A stretch of 64,000 bases of DNA from Haliotis rubra. Taxonomy: Eukaryota. Below, in pieces: positions 50,972-64,000 of this stretch. The notes under the pieces were generated by a model. The model saw only the letters and a program-made list of their open reading frames with translations, was not told the origin of the DNA and ran no database searches. The position numbers and the translations under genes were made by a program. The stretch spans positions 248,001-312,000 of the forward strand of contig NW_025765858.1 of the NCBI RefSeq assembly GCF_003918875.1, in the 5' to 3' direction. Positions within the stretch are counted from its first letter, which is position 1. Each line of letters starts with the position of its first letter.

Positions 50972-53900
50972 CTATTTTGTGCTTGGGACGACAGTCGCGT
51001 TATAGTTGGGCCAGTTCTGTATAAGGGCATAGAAGGTGTCTCCGGGACACGACGTCCCACCGGACTTAGCACCAACGTCGCGGTGGCCCAACATCGTATA
51101 CGTCGACGTCAGTTTGCCGTTGTGGTCTCCGCAGTGTATGAGCTTCTGGAGGACATCGAGTGCCGCCTGGTCTGGAAGACGCTGCATGAAGTTCCCGATG
51201 ACGCAGAACCCTGTGAAACAAGGGGACTATATGAAACTCCTCACACGGCCATGTTTTGGAGGTGAGTGAGTGAGGTTGACATAGATACGGACAGGGTGTC
51301 AGTTTAACCACGAATTGTCAGCTTTATGTGTGAGGGTGATTGAGTAAGTGAGTGTGGTTTTACGCCAATTTTAGCAATATTTCAGTAATATCACGGCGAG
51401 GGATACCAAAAATGGGCTTCACCTATTGTACCCATGTGGGGAATTGAACCCGGGTCTTCGGCGTGACGAGCGAACGCTTTATCCACTAAGCTACCCCACC
51501 GCCCCTTTGTGTATTGGGGAAACACGGAAAGGTGTAGGTCTTAGACCTTTATCATTTGGGCAAAACTCACGAACATAGGCCTGGCACTGACAAGCCTTGA
51601 GGTGAGGTGAGGTAAAATTGGGTTTAACGTCGTGCTTGAGAATATTTCGCTCATATGACGACGTGCATGCGTGGGTATGTGTATGTGCGGCTGCTTGTAC
51701 TAGCCCAGACTGAAGCTGGTTTTATAGTGCTAGCCCACTGAGATACCATGCCGCAGTGAAGCATGAATACCCCACTCAGACACATCATTCTGACTCCGAG
51801 CCGACCAGTCCTTGTTGTACCCATTAACGCCGAGCACCAGACAGGGACCAACAAGTACCAAAGTTTAACGTATTTTGGTATGACGCGGTCGGGGATCGAA
51901 CCCGCGACCTTCCGCACTCCGGGCGGACGCTCTAACCACTACACCACGGAGGCGGTCGACAAACCTTGAATATGAATAGGCTTGATCTGGGATTCAACCC
52001 TGAGATATCGGTATTCGGTTCTGCAACGCCAAAGTCACACCCTTAGCCAACAACCCACATTCATGTTGTCAAAAACGGCAGTGTGTCTTTAAATTCTGAG
52101 GGTGCTTCAAAGATTTGAAATTTCCTATTTGTTGCCTGACATTTCACAATTGAAAATAGGCATGATATTATATTTATAATAAGGATTATAGTGCATTTCT
52201 ATGGCGCTATTGCCATACATGATGCTCGATGCACAGGACCACCTATCACCATAAAATAATTTGCAACGGAATAACCCCTGGCATATTCTTTTCGGTAGGT
52301 TCAGTTGTCATGAAGATATGCACTGAATGCCCTCAGTGTCGTCATGTAGTTACAGACACATAACGGGTGTGCGGGGGACAATCACCTGTATGTAATTGGC
52401 ACCCAATAATCTACCCACAATTACATGATAAAGCACCACCAATTTACACTGACTATGTTGTTCACTACTGTAGTTTTAGGTGAGTGCCACATCTCTCCGC
52501 CAGTAGTTGAAACAACATCACCTCTAGCTACATGTATTGGCTAGTGTTCTACATCTTTCCACCTGTATATATGATAGAACATCACCTATAGCTATTGGCT
52601 AGTGTTCTACATCTTACCACCTGTATATGTGATAGAACATCACCTATAGCTATTGGCTAGTGTTCTACATCTTTCCACCTGTATATGTGATAGAACATCA
52701 CCCATAGCTACATGTATTGGCTAGTGTTCTACATCTTTCCACCTGTATATGTGATAGAACATCACCTATAGCTATTGGCTAGTGTTCTACATCTTACCAC
52801 CTGTATATGTGATAGAACATCACCTATAGCTATTGGCTAGTGTTCTACATCTTTCCACCTGTATATGTGATAGAACATCACCTATAGCTATTGGCTAGTG
52901 TTCTACATCTTTCCACCTGTATATGTGATAGAACATCACCCATAGCTACATGTATTGGCTAGTGTTCTACAGCTTACCACATGTATATGTGATAGAACAT
53001 CACCCATAGCTACATGTATTGGCTAGTGTTCTACATCTTTCCACCTTACAGGATAGAACATCACCCATAGCTATTGCCTATAGTTCTACATCTTCCCATC
53101 AGTACTTGATGCATCACGTATAGCTATCGACTATTGTTCTACATCTTCCCATCAGTACTTGATGCATCACTTATATCTACTGACTATTGTTCTACATGTG
53201 ACCATCAGTAATTCATACATCACTAATAGCTATTGACTATCGTTCTACATATCCCATCAGTACTTGATGCATCACTTATAGCTATTGACTATTGTTCTAC
53301 ATCTTCCCATCAGTACTTGATGCATCACGTATAGCTATCGACTATTGTTCTACATCTTCCCATCAGTACTTGATGCATCACTTATAGCTATCGACTATTG
53401 TTCTACATCTTCCCATCAGTACTTGATGCATCACTTATAGCTATCGACTATTGTTCTACATCTTCCCATCAGTACTTGATGCATCACTTATAGCTATCGA
53501 CTATCTTCCTACATCTTCCCATCAGTACTTGATGCATCACCTATAGCTATCGACTATCGTTCTACATCTTCCCATCAGTACTTGATGCATCACTTGTATC
53601 TACTACCATCAGTACTTCATACATCACTTATAGCTATTGACTATCGTTCTACATATCCCATCAGTACTTGATGCATCACTTATAGCTAGTGACTATTGTG
53701 CTACATTTTTCCACCTTAAAGGATAGAATATCACCCATAGCTATTGGCTAGTGATCTACATCTTTACTTCGGTATATGTGATAGAACATCACTCATAGCT
53801 ATTGACTATTGTGCTACATCTTTCCACCTTACAGGATAGAACATCACCCATAGCTATTGCCTATAGTTCTACATCTTCCCATCAGTACTTGATGCATCAC

Positions 53901-56900
53901 GTATAGCTATCGACTATTGTTCTACATCTTCCCATCAGTACTTGATGCATCACTTATATCTACTGACTATTGTTCTACATGTGACCATCAGTAATTCATA
54001 CATCACTAATAGCTATTGACTATCGTTCTACATATCCCATCAGTACTTGATGCATCACTTATAGCTATTGACTATTGTTCTACATCTTCCCATCAGTACT
54101 TGATGCATCACGTATAGCTATCGACTATTGTTCTACATCTTCCCATCAGTACTTGATGCATCACTTATAGCTATCGACTATTGTTCTACATCTTCCCATC
54201 AGTACTTGATGCATCACTTATAGCTATCGACTATTGTTCTACATCTTCCCATCAGTACTTGATGCATCACTTATAGCTATCGACTATCTTCCTACATCTT
54301 CCCATCAGTACTTGATGCATCACCTATAGCTATCGACTATCGTTCTACATCTTCCCATCAGTACTTGATGCATCACTTGTATCTACTACCATCAGTACTT
54401 CATACATCACTTATAGCTATTGACTATCGTTCTACATATCCCATCAGTACTTGATGCATCACTTATAGCTAGTGACTATTGTGCTACATTTTTCCACCTT
54501 AAAGGATAGAATATCACCCATAGCTATTGGCTAGTGATCTACATCTTTACTTCGGTATATGTGATAGAACATCACTCATAGCTATTGACTATTGTGCTAC
54601 ATCTTTCCACCTTACAGGATAGAACATCCCCCATAACTATCGACTATAGTTCTACATCTTTCCACCTTACAGGATAGAACATCCCCCATATCTGTTGACT
54701 ATTGTTCTACACGTTCCCACCAGTACAGCGTAGAACAGTATGCATAAATATTTACTATTGTTCTACATTTCTTCACCACTACTTGATACAACATCATCCA
54801 TAGCTATGGACTATTGTTCTACATCTTCATCATAAGATACAGCACAATCCATATGCACTGACCTAGTCCAATACTGTTATAGTTATATTATACTGAACCA
54901 CAAAGAGAAATGTCGCACCGATAGCGGTTTCTTAAAGCACACACTTTAATTCACTCTAATTAACAATCAAAACGGAGGATTGAGTTCAAACTTGACAATT
55001 ATGGTTAACACATTTTCGGGAATCACATTTAGAGTTCACACAAACAAAATCACCAAAAATGGTACCATTAAGATACCCCAAAGTTAGTATTGTGTGTGGC
55101 CTCTATGGGCATCGATGAAAGCGTTGCATCGTCTGTACATGGAATGAATTAGCCGGTTGATGAAGGCCATAGGCACTTGGGTCCATACTCTGTGAAATGC
55201 CTGATCGAGTCCAGCAGCAGTTGTCGGCCTTGGGTGGAGGTCATTCAGTCTTCTTTGAATCTCGTCCCAAAGGTGTTCTATTGGACTCAAATCAAGACTG
55301 AGTGCAGGCTATTGTAGGGTTTGGATGCCATGTTGTCTTAGGAAGTCCAATGTTACTCTGGCAGTGTGGGCACGAGCATTGTCTTGCTGGAAGATGTGAT
55401 TTCTGTAATGTCCAAAATGTGGTACAACGTGGGGTCTTATGACTTGGTCAATATAGCGAGCAGCTGTCACGTCATTTCCTCATCCTGGACCGAGATTCTG
55501 GAACACCACGGTGCTAACTATCTGGTTCAGACCGATTGCACCTCACACCATGATGCTTGGACCACCCCACGAGTCTCTTTCAACAATACACTCATTGGAA
55601 AACAGTTCCCCACGCCTTCACCATACTCTCACTCTGCCATCGACTGTCGAAACACAATATCGGCTTTCATGAGATAAAAGCACAGTTCTCCATTGTCGAT
55701 AACGCTTTCGATGCTGAGTTGCCCATTGCAGTCGGTTTTGGCGATGATGAGCGGTGAGGACAGGACTACGATATGGTCTGTGACAGCAGAGGTTTCTCCC
55801 GCGCAAACGTCGACGCACTGTATCGGCACTGATGGGTCTGTTGTGAGTCCCAATGGTCTGGCGTGCTGTTTCCGTCTCTCTGGGGAAGCGATCCTGCAGA
55901 TGGTGTCGGCCTTGACGTTTTGATGTTACTGAAGGTCGCCCACTGCGTGGACGGTCTTGGATGTTGTTAGTGACCTGATACCACTCCTGCAGTCGGTAGA
56001 TTGTCCTAACATGAACATTAAAATGATTGGCTACCCTCCGTGCAGTCTGGCCAACTTGCAATCGTCCCAAGACTTGGTTCCTCTGATCTCTCGTAAGTCG
56101 TGCCATGGCGATTGTGTCAAAACAAAAATGATTTCAGGCGAGTTTGGGACTCGCTTTCATTGGTAGGGTTGTCACGATATGCACGTGCATTTTCATTTTC
56201 ACGAATGTCATACGGAACCTTTTACCACGTCTGCCATTTTAGGTGCGTTTGGTCGATATGCTTTTTCATCAGAAAACACACTGATGTTGGTAATAACTGT
56301 CAATTTGGATTGAAAAACATGTTAATAAAACGATACAATCATAATAAAAACACCATTTTGTATGAACAAAATCTTGCATTTGGTTTTGAAAAGCGACGTT
56401 TCTTTTGTGGTTCAGTATACAAGCGAACCAAGATGGCGACCATGTTTAAAGTCATTCGTCACCACTCGCCCCTTTCCGTAACCTCCAACAAGAAGACAAG
56501 AAGCTATTCTGCTTGTCCCGGAATAACACGAGTTGGTCACGAACGGTTTAAAAAAATAATGTAACCAAGCGCTCGCGTCCGTTCAGTGCCGATGCGAGCG
56601 CTCACAGGAGGCAATAGCGTGGGCGCTCGCGGTTCTGAACATGCCTCTGGTAAGCTGGGTACCGGGAACAATCTTAGTACCGGGAGTAGGAGGCGAGACC
56701 CTATTAACTATAAGCGCTAAGTCTGCTACGCGAGTAAACAAGGGAACCAGTTCGTGTTTTCGGGGGAAGCTCCTTACCGTGTCCGTCCATGTGGTAGTTC
56801 TGATAGCTCTGTATCATCCTGACACATTCTTCTCGTGTGTGACAACCTGCAGTCGCCCCGTGGTGGATGAAGGCGTAGTACGGAGTATGGGAGAGTTTCA

Positions 56901-59614
56901 CGTGTGGGGTGCTGGGTGCACGTGCCCCCCATTCTGCGCGTGTTATGATTTGAGGACATCCGGGCAGCTGGACTGCAGGAGAACCCGGATTGGCATGTCC
57001 TGAAAAACACATTAGCTCCGAAATAAGTGAGTGAGTGAGTTTGGTTTTACCCCGCTTTTAGCAATATTCCAGCAACATCACGGCGGGGAACACCAGAAAT
57101 AGGCTTCACACATTGTACCCATGTGGGGATTCGAACCCGGGTCTGCGGCGTTACGAGCCAACGTTTTAACCACTAGGCTACCCCACCGCCCACGAAATAT
57201 GTACATATTCCAAATAGCGCAGAATACCATTATGGTATTGAATAGGTCACAGGAGGTAAAGGATAGTTTAGACAATAATGATAGTATTAATTTAATCCGT
57301 GAAGGTCCGGGCTAGAATATTGATCTTCAGTAACCCATGCTTGTCGTAAGAGGCGACTAACGGGATCGAGTGGCCAGACTCGCTGACTTGGTTGACACAT
57401 GTCATCGGTTCCCAATTGCGCAGATCGATGCTCATGCTATTGATCACTGGGTTGTCTGGTCCAGACTCGATTATTTACCGACCGCCGCCATATAGCTGGA
57501 ATATTGCTGAGAGCGGCGTAAAACCCAACTCACTCACTTGCTCTGTCTGCACAAGACACCTACCTTTACGTGAGGGGCGGTGTTTTAAACTCACTTACTC
57601 ACGACCTGAAATGCAAGACTCACCTCCACAGTTTTTATGGAACACCACGTTTCCTTTCATGATCCATCCGATCTGAAATAACAAAAGACAACTACAACTA
57701 CAACTACAATTTCTCTGTATAAGAACAAGGTGAAGACTCTTTTGAAACCTGAAAGCCTTCCCATCAAGGCATGCCTTAGGCGCTGTTGAAGAATTTACGC
57801 TGCTTGCCTATTTAAGAGTGAAGTGAGCCCCAAATACTCAGCCTCGTCTACAGAGAAATCTGTTGTCATAAATCCGTAAAATATCGGAGACCCCATCCAT
57901 AAATATACGATCACAAGCATGTATAAATTGTGTGTCAACACCGTACAATACGTTTACGATGAGCGTCGCTGTGCAGAGGAAAGTAATACGAATAAGTGCA
58001 CAAACCACCAACGACTGTACCAGACTGCTACAGACTAGTACAGAGTTTGCAATGTGTTGCTTCATCATCGAGTAACTTCTACACTGACACACATAAACAA
58101 TATATATTATTTCAAAAGCGCGTTTGAGTAGGTTTCCTGTAATAATTTGGCGTCATTTTCACAGAACGGTGACCATGACGAGTACAAGCGTATAAATCTA
58201 CACATACACATACAAGCGCGCACGCACGCACATACAAACGCGCACACACTCAGACGATGACCTTGACCTTGGCATCGTAATTGTTTGTCTAACAGAGATA
58301 TTGTAAGCAGCCGCTGACCTTGTTGTTAACGCTGACTTGTACCCACGTCCCGCCTGTGGAGTTGTAGGTTTTCCCCTGCAAGGTCACACACTGACCAGAT
58401 GTCAAGGTCGCCATTGTAGTACTTCCGGTTCCATATCCAGTCAAGACATCTACCGTAGCCGTGGCGCAGACACAGTCAAACGATTCTGTGAATGGAAGTT
58501 TTAAGTATACTATATACTGAGGAGACTTCAAGTCGCCATCAATACCATTGCTATTTTGTAAAGGTGAGTGAGTTTAGTTTTACGCTGGACTAAGCAATAT
58601 TCCACCTATATGGCGGCGGCCAGTAAATAATCGAGTCTGGACCAGACAATCCAGCGATAAGATTGCATAACACGAAGGGGTCACGGGACCAAGCCTCCAT
58701 AATACAGAGTTGCGCTGTTCTGGTTCGAATCCCGGATGGTGCGATGATGATTATATGAGTTTCAGCGCCTTGTCGTGCTATTGAGTAGAAGACCACTCCT
58801 GTGTCATTTCGGGCCTTAATGGAATTGTTACATTAAACTAAAATGCTGTGATGTAACTTGAACTTTGTTCAAATCGGCAATAAAACTCTCTCACTAACTC
58901 ACTTACCCTGACAATTTTTAATGTAGATATCAGATGTCAGCAACCAGGCCCCCTGCAACAAAGGTCAAGGTCAACGTCATTGAAATATTATCAAGTAGGA
59001 AAATATATAACTTGCTTTCTGTGTTCACCGTCGAACACATCAATAATATCATCAACTTACAAAAACCTCCAAATCTTCACAGTCACTGGCCCGACTGGCT
59101 AGTAACTTTTCATGGGGTCATTTTGTAAATACATCACTCTCTCCCACCTGTTGAGTTATGATACACTTTTAAATCATGCAAGATTATGGCCAGATTAAAA
59201 CGTTCATCATATGAGCAGCTTAATGACGAAAACCGTGTCATGCTGGTAATCTTTATTCCCATCTATTTTTGTAATCTGTTGCTTAGTTTCTACATTCAAA
59301 TTTCGGGCTAATGAATTATTTTGTGGGATAGTAACTTTCAGGCATAGCAAGCAAAATTTGGAAACTATTTCGTAGACTGGGCCTACCTGTCCCTGGTAAA
59401 GTACATGTGCGTATATGCGACCGTCATTGATGGCCGCCTGGTCTCCTTGATAAGGGAGACAGTTGGGTGACCTCAGTGTTCCAAAAGTGTTGTCCTTGGA
59501 CCCGTATGTCCGCTCAATCACGGTGTCCACCGACGCACATGCGCACTGGGCAGCTGGAGCTGCGTATCCCGAGCTGCTTAGCGCCACAAGGAGGGAGAGA
59601 ACAACCAAGGACAT
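50972..59614 (-). CDS. PGRP: PGRP-B: signal peptide + 2 SH3b-like Cys modules + PGRP/Amidase_2 domain; Zn ligands intact, central exon not found
   Basis: Exons 59614-59387, 58952-58907, 58485-58319, 57672-57624, 56999-56778 and 51210-50972. Motifs CPQIITRAEWGAR, YAFIHH, QNYHMDGH, FCVIGNF and MLGHRDV..TSCPGD. The first three exon sizes (228/46/167) equal those of PGRP-A. Confidence 0.88.
51600..51957 (-). mobile_element. SINE family 1, full-length copy in the PGRP-B last intron
   Basis: Same sequence as 10502-10860; flanks GACAAGCCTTGA and GACAAACCTTGA. Confidence 0.85.
52505..54835. repeat. 53-65 bp minisatellite with a 783-bp higher-order duplication in the PGRP-B last intron
   Basis: Units CATCAC.TATAGCTAT.G.CTA.TGTTCTACATCTT. 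The landmark CCACCTTACAGGATAGAAC recurs at 53041, 53824 and 54607. Confidence 0.95.
54891..56417 (-). mobile_element. Tc1/mariner DNA transposon, full-length but degenerate
   Basis: TIRs TACTGAACCACAAAGAGAAATGTCGC and GCGACGTTTCTTTTGTGGTTCAGTA, flanked by TA. Transposase fragments MARLTRDQRNQVLGRL..DRPRSGRP (56106-55618) and LSPIEHLWDEIQRRL (55290-55084) are broken by frameshifts and stops. Confidence 0.92.
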
Positions 59615-59785
59615 CTGGAAAACACAAACCGCTGATGCAAGTGTCTACTATTCAACCTGACCTTGGTCACATTATCTCAAGTGGGATTCCGAGTAAGGAG
59701 TGAGTGAGTGAGTCAGTTTGGTTTTATGCAGTATTTTAGCAATATCACGGCGGGGGGACACCAGAATCGGGCTTCACTCGTAGTA

Positions 59786-60753
59786 GGGGAGACCGGGGTC
59801 AATTGTAACACGGGTCAACTGTAACAAGGGCGATTACTCTAAAAGTTTTCGCTCAAGTATAGTGTAGGTGAGAAGAGTTATTTCCCTTTACTTTCCTGCG
59901 GTACTCATCCAGGCGTTTTTCATCTGCTCGCTTATGGCGAGATACAGTTGACGAAAAATCGTTTTTCACACAGGTAAGTAAATTTTTCACAAAACGTATT
60001 AAAGCGTTCTTAATGCAGTAAATTGTGTTTGGTATGAAATTGACTTTTCAAGTGTAAAATTTAGATATTACGACATATTTGGAAGTAGAAATATTTGAGA
60101 AGCCCAAGGTTGTTAACGTGTGACGTGGCATGAAATATGGCTACTGCCATTAGGGGCTATTGTAACACTGTGTTACAATTGCCCCCATGCAATTTTCCCT
60201 TGTGTTATGATAATAAAACAGATTATGGTGAAGGTTTTATGTCAGTTCTTTACTAGGTTTATCATAGTAGAACATTTTCAGTTTTATGTTGATAGTTTTA
60301 GCCTCGGGTGAAGGTTTTTGGTGTTAGTCTTTGTATTATAGTTTGGGCTTACCAATACAAGAATTTTAAACGAAAAACATTTTAAATATCGATGGTGATA
60401 AAGGTTTATTGTTAATCCATTTCCACCTCAACTGATCAAGATAACATCTTTCCACATTTTATTTTGATCTTATTTCGAAAATAAACAAATTGTTACATTT
60501 GAACCTTCGTTGTTACAATTGCCCCATCCACCTGTTACAATTGCCCCGTGCTAGGGGTCAATTGTAACACTTGTAGTCATTGCATTTGATACGTAATAAG
60601 TTTGTAAAGACATGATAGTAAACTTGAAACGACACTGAGGTTTAGAGCCAAGAAGCCAATGTACTAGTTAGTACCGATTAATTTTGTGAGCGGTCGTCTG
60701 GGATCGAACTACAAGAAGTTAAGTAAAAAGTGTTACAATTGACCCGGTCTCCC
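59786..60753. mobile_element. Non-autonomous DNA transposon (MITE-like) inserted into a SINE
   Basis: TIRs GGGGAGACCGGGGTCAATTGTAACA and TGTTACAATTGACCCGGTCTCCC, with many internal TTGTAACA/TGTTACAA motifs. It splits a family-2 SINE into 59701-59778 and 60756-60811. Confidence 0.8.
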
Positions 60754-63700
60754 ATACCCACGTGGGGAATCGAACCCGGGCCTTCGGCGTGACAAGCGAA
60801 CGCTATAACCTGTAATAAAAAAATCTCTTTGTGTCTCAGTGAAAGTTTTGGTGTTAGTCAACAACTTGATGGGCTGTGCTTTCCTAAAGAACTCAGGGAT
60901 ATAGAAATAAAATTGTTTTTTGCGGTTATTTGTTTATCACATCACTAGAATAGGTAGTTTAACAAAATATTAAAATAACAAATTCATTGTTTTTCCCAAC
61001 TTGGCCTTTTAATGTGGTCCTCTAATTTTCATCCGAAATACCATTTTACAGGTAAAAATAACACAAATGTGCACATTATCAACAAATCATAACATATCAT
61101 AACTTCGGTCACAATCAACAATGGGTGTTGACAACTACCTGCAACACTGTTTAGACGGGAGATGCATTTGCACTTGCGTTGCCATAGCGACTGTGCAGTT
61201 GTCAATCAAAGGTATTAATCAACTCGTAAAAATAGACTTGTAACCTTTCATCAAGAGTAGAGGCATGATTGCCCTACTGAAAAAAGTACGCGAACCCACG
61301 GAGAGTACATCTCATTTGCATGCTATAGCTTGCATCAGAAACGTACATTTTGACCGATGAAGTTTCAAGGGGTAAAAATGACACGATTTGCTTTCCTATA
61401 AACTCATCTATTTCGCGTGATTTTACAAAATGTGTTTAAAACAAAAGTTGGGAAAAACGATAGTCACAGAATATTTAACAATCAAACTTTAGTTGTGTTC
61501 AAAACTACGAAATTAACGCAAAAAAACTATTGTATTTCTATTTCCGTGAGTACTTTAAACACAAATATTAGTTGTGTTATAAACGGTCTCCCATTCAAAG
61601 AATCCAATATATGATTCAAGTTGGAGATCAGACTGACACGTATTCCCAGAAAAAAAGTATAATTTGAAAATATATATCTGAAAATTTAAAAGGAGCTAAA
61701 AACATTTTTTTTAAATTTCATAGTTGAAGCAGTCTGGACTTGCCTAATTATTCAAAACTTTAGATGCACTTCCATTTCATGTTTTGAGTGAGTGAGTGAG
61801 TGAGTATGCTTTAACGCCACTTTTGGTGGTATTCCCGCAGTATCATAACAGGGGGCTCTAGAAATGGGTATCACACATAGTACCCTCTAGAAATGGGTAT
61901 CACACATAGTACCCTCTAGAAATGGGTATCACACATAGTACCCTCTAGAAATGGGTATCACACATAGTACCCATGTTGGTATTCGATGTAACAGCGAACG
62001 TTTTACCACCAAGGATACCGAGCGCCCCATGTCCACCACAATCGTTGTTGACAAGTATCCACGCTGGGGATCCGCATTGCACTTATAAGAGGAAGTGTTA
62101 CAGGAACGGAGAAGCACAACCACTTTGAAAACAAGCTATTGTGATTGCACCACACTGCGTCACAAGCACACTGTCAACACAACACTTTGCCTTGTCACGA
62201 AAAGTAAATAGGTGATCCATTTATGACACACTTCCTTGTTATTTCACGCCCTTGTACCTTACACCCGTACGTTTCATAAATAGACAGTATTTATTACATT
62301 CGGAAATTTCCAGTTGGTGTCCTATATCCATTAGAAAATAAATTAAAACGCAATCCAGCTCAGGCTAAGAATGATTTGGTAAGTTTGGATTGCTTAAGCT
62401 CGTGGACTTGAACAGCCTTGTTCTGTGTTGTTTTTGGATTCAATCTTCTATGTTTTCCAGATCTGGGTTGGAATTTGTTCTTCAGAAACCCATGCTTGTC
62501 AAAGGCGATTAACAGGATCGGGTGGCCAGACTCGCAGATTTACTTGATGAATGTCATCGGGTCCCAGTCAGGTAGCGTCCGCCCGGAGAGCAGAAGCCTC
62601 GGGTTCTATCCCCGACCGCGTCATACGAAAAGACGTTAAAATATGGTACTTGTTGGTCCCTGCCTGGCGTTCGGCATTAATGGGTACAACAAGGACTGGT
62701 CGGCTTGGAGTCAGTATAATGTGTCTGAGTGGGGTATTCATGCTTCACTGCGGCGTGGTATCTCAGTGGGCTAGCACTATAAAACCAGCTTCAGTCTGGG
62801 CTAGTACAAGCAGTCGCACATACACATACACATGCATGCACGTCGTCATATGAGCGAAATATTCTCAAGCACGACGTTAAATCCAATTTCACCTCACCTC
62901 ACCATCTTTTGTGAATAAGCATATGTACTCAAAATGGGACACGTATTGTTATCTGTTTATTGATAAGCAAGTGGCATAGGTGCTCTGAACCTAGTGAACT
63001 AAAAAAGAATGAGAATACTCCAAAGATTTCGAAACGTACACGCGTCTGAAATGACCATTGTCCGATACTCGTGTAAACTAAAAGAAGACTGGCCTTTATA
63101 CGGAATAAACAAATACGATGTGTGAAGACATAAAAATATAACCTGATGTGTGAAGTTCGTTAGCTTATTATTTCTGTCTGACAGTTCTACGCCGATTTTA
63201 GCAATATTCCAGCAATATCACAGAAATGGGCTTCACACATTGTAGCCATTTGGGGAACGAAGACGGGCCGTCGGCGTGACGAGCGGACGCTTTAACCTCT
63301 GGGCTACCCCACCGCCCCTTGGACGTCAGATCAGGGATCATCTACAGCGTCTTCTATTCTCCCTGGTCAGATATACCTTAGTCATGTGACACGTCTGTTG
63401 ATGATTACATATGACATAAATGTTTGGGGTTTCCGTCTTCCGAACATGATATACACGTATTTCTGCGTGACACATGACAATTAAATTTTGTTATGCGACG
63501 GAACGACAGAACCCATGAATGACAATGCANNNNNNNNNNNNNNNNNNNNNNNNNNNNNNNNNNNNNNNNNNNNNNNNNNNNNNNNNNNNNNNNNNNNNNN
63601 NNNNNNNNNNNNNNNNNNNNNNNNNNNNNNNNNNNNNNNNNNNNNNNNNNNNNNNNNNNNNNNNNNNNNNNNNNNNNNNNNNNNNNNNNNTCAAGTTTGA

Positions 63701-64000
63701 TAAAATCAACGTCAGGTACATACATACCAGGGTAACAGAATCACCTATGTAAACAAACGAAAATTCAAAGTTGTGGAACATATCCACTAAATCAGTATAA
63801 TAAAGAAGTACTCGCTCACACTACACTTTACACAAGCTACACCCACCTTCTGTCAGTCCAGGCAAACTCCAAATTATGAGACCTCTCGAATTACATCCGG
63901 GCAACTTGACGATCTACTGCGCATGTATGTGCCGTCACCCGACAGGGAAAACCCGTTCTAGTTTCCTTATCGCGTGTGCACCGTGTGACTTGAATACGGC

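Noticed and set aside
62020-62100. Possible TATA box and first non-coding exon of PGRP-B
   Set aside because: TTATAAG and weak similarity to PGRP-A exon 1 are present, but a SINE follows and I could not assign a convincing splice donor.

Overview
Eukaryotic, intron-rich and SINE-dense genomic DNA with four N-gaps. It is most likely a gastropod mollusc such as abalone/Haliotis; this is an inference from the SINE families and gene content. I reconstructed five spliced genes by hand from GT-AG boundaries and reading-frame phases. (1) A complete 8-exon carbonyl reductase (CBR1-like SDR) on the minus strand, 5532-16694. (2) PGRP-A, a secreted peptidoglycan-recognition protein with two Cys-bounded SH3b-like N-terminal modules, minus strand, 22579-28112. 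It has lost two Zn ligands and carries a +1 G frameshift. (3, 4) Two tandem conodipine-like secreted phospholipase A2 genes on the plus strand, 37208-38646 and 45505-49691. (5) PGRP-B, a paralog on the minus strand, 50972-59614. It keeps the Zn ligands, but I could not find its central Tyr-bearing exon; a satellite and a Tc1 element occupy that intron. The PGRP-PLA2-PLA2-PGRP arrangement suggests an antibacterial cluster attacking both cell wall and membrane. The window also holds a probable PAN/beta-propeller pseudogene at the left end, at least four SINE families, Tc1 elements, MITEs, LINE remnants and several minisatellites. Most ORFs in the supplied track are repeat-derived artefacts.
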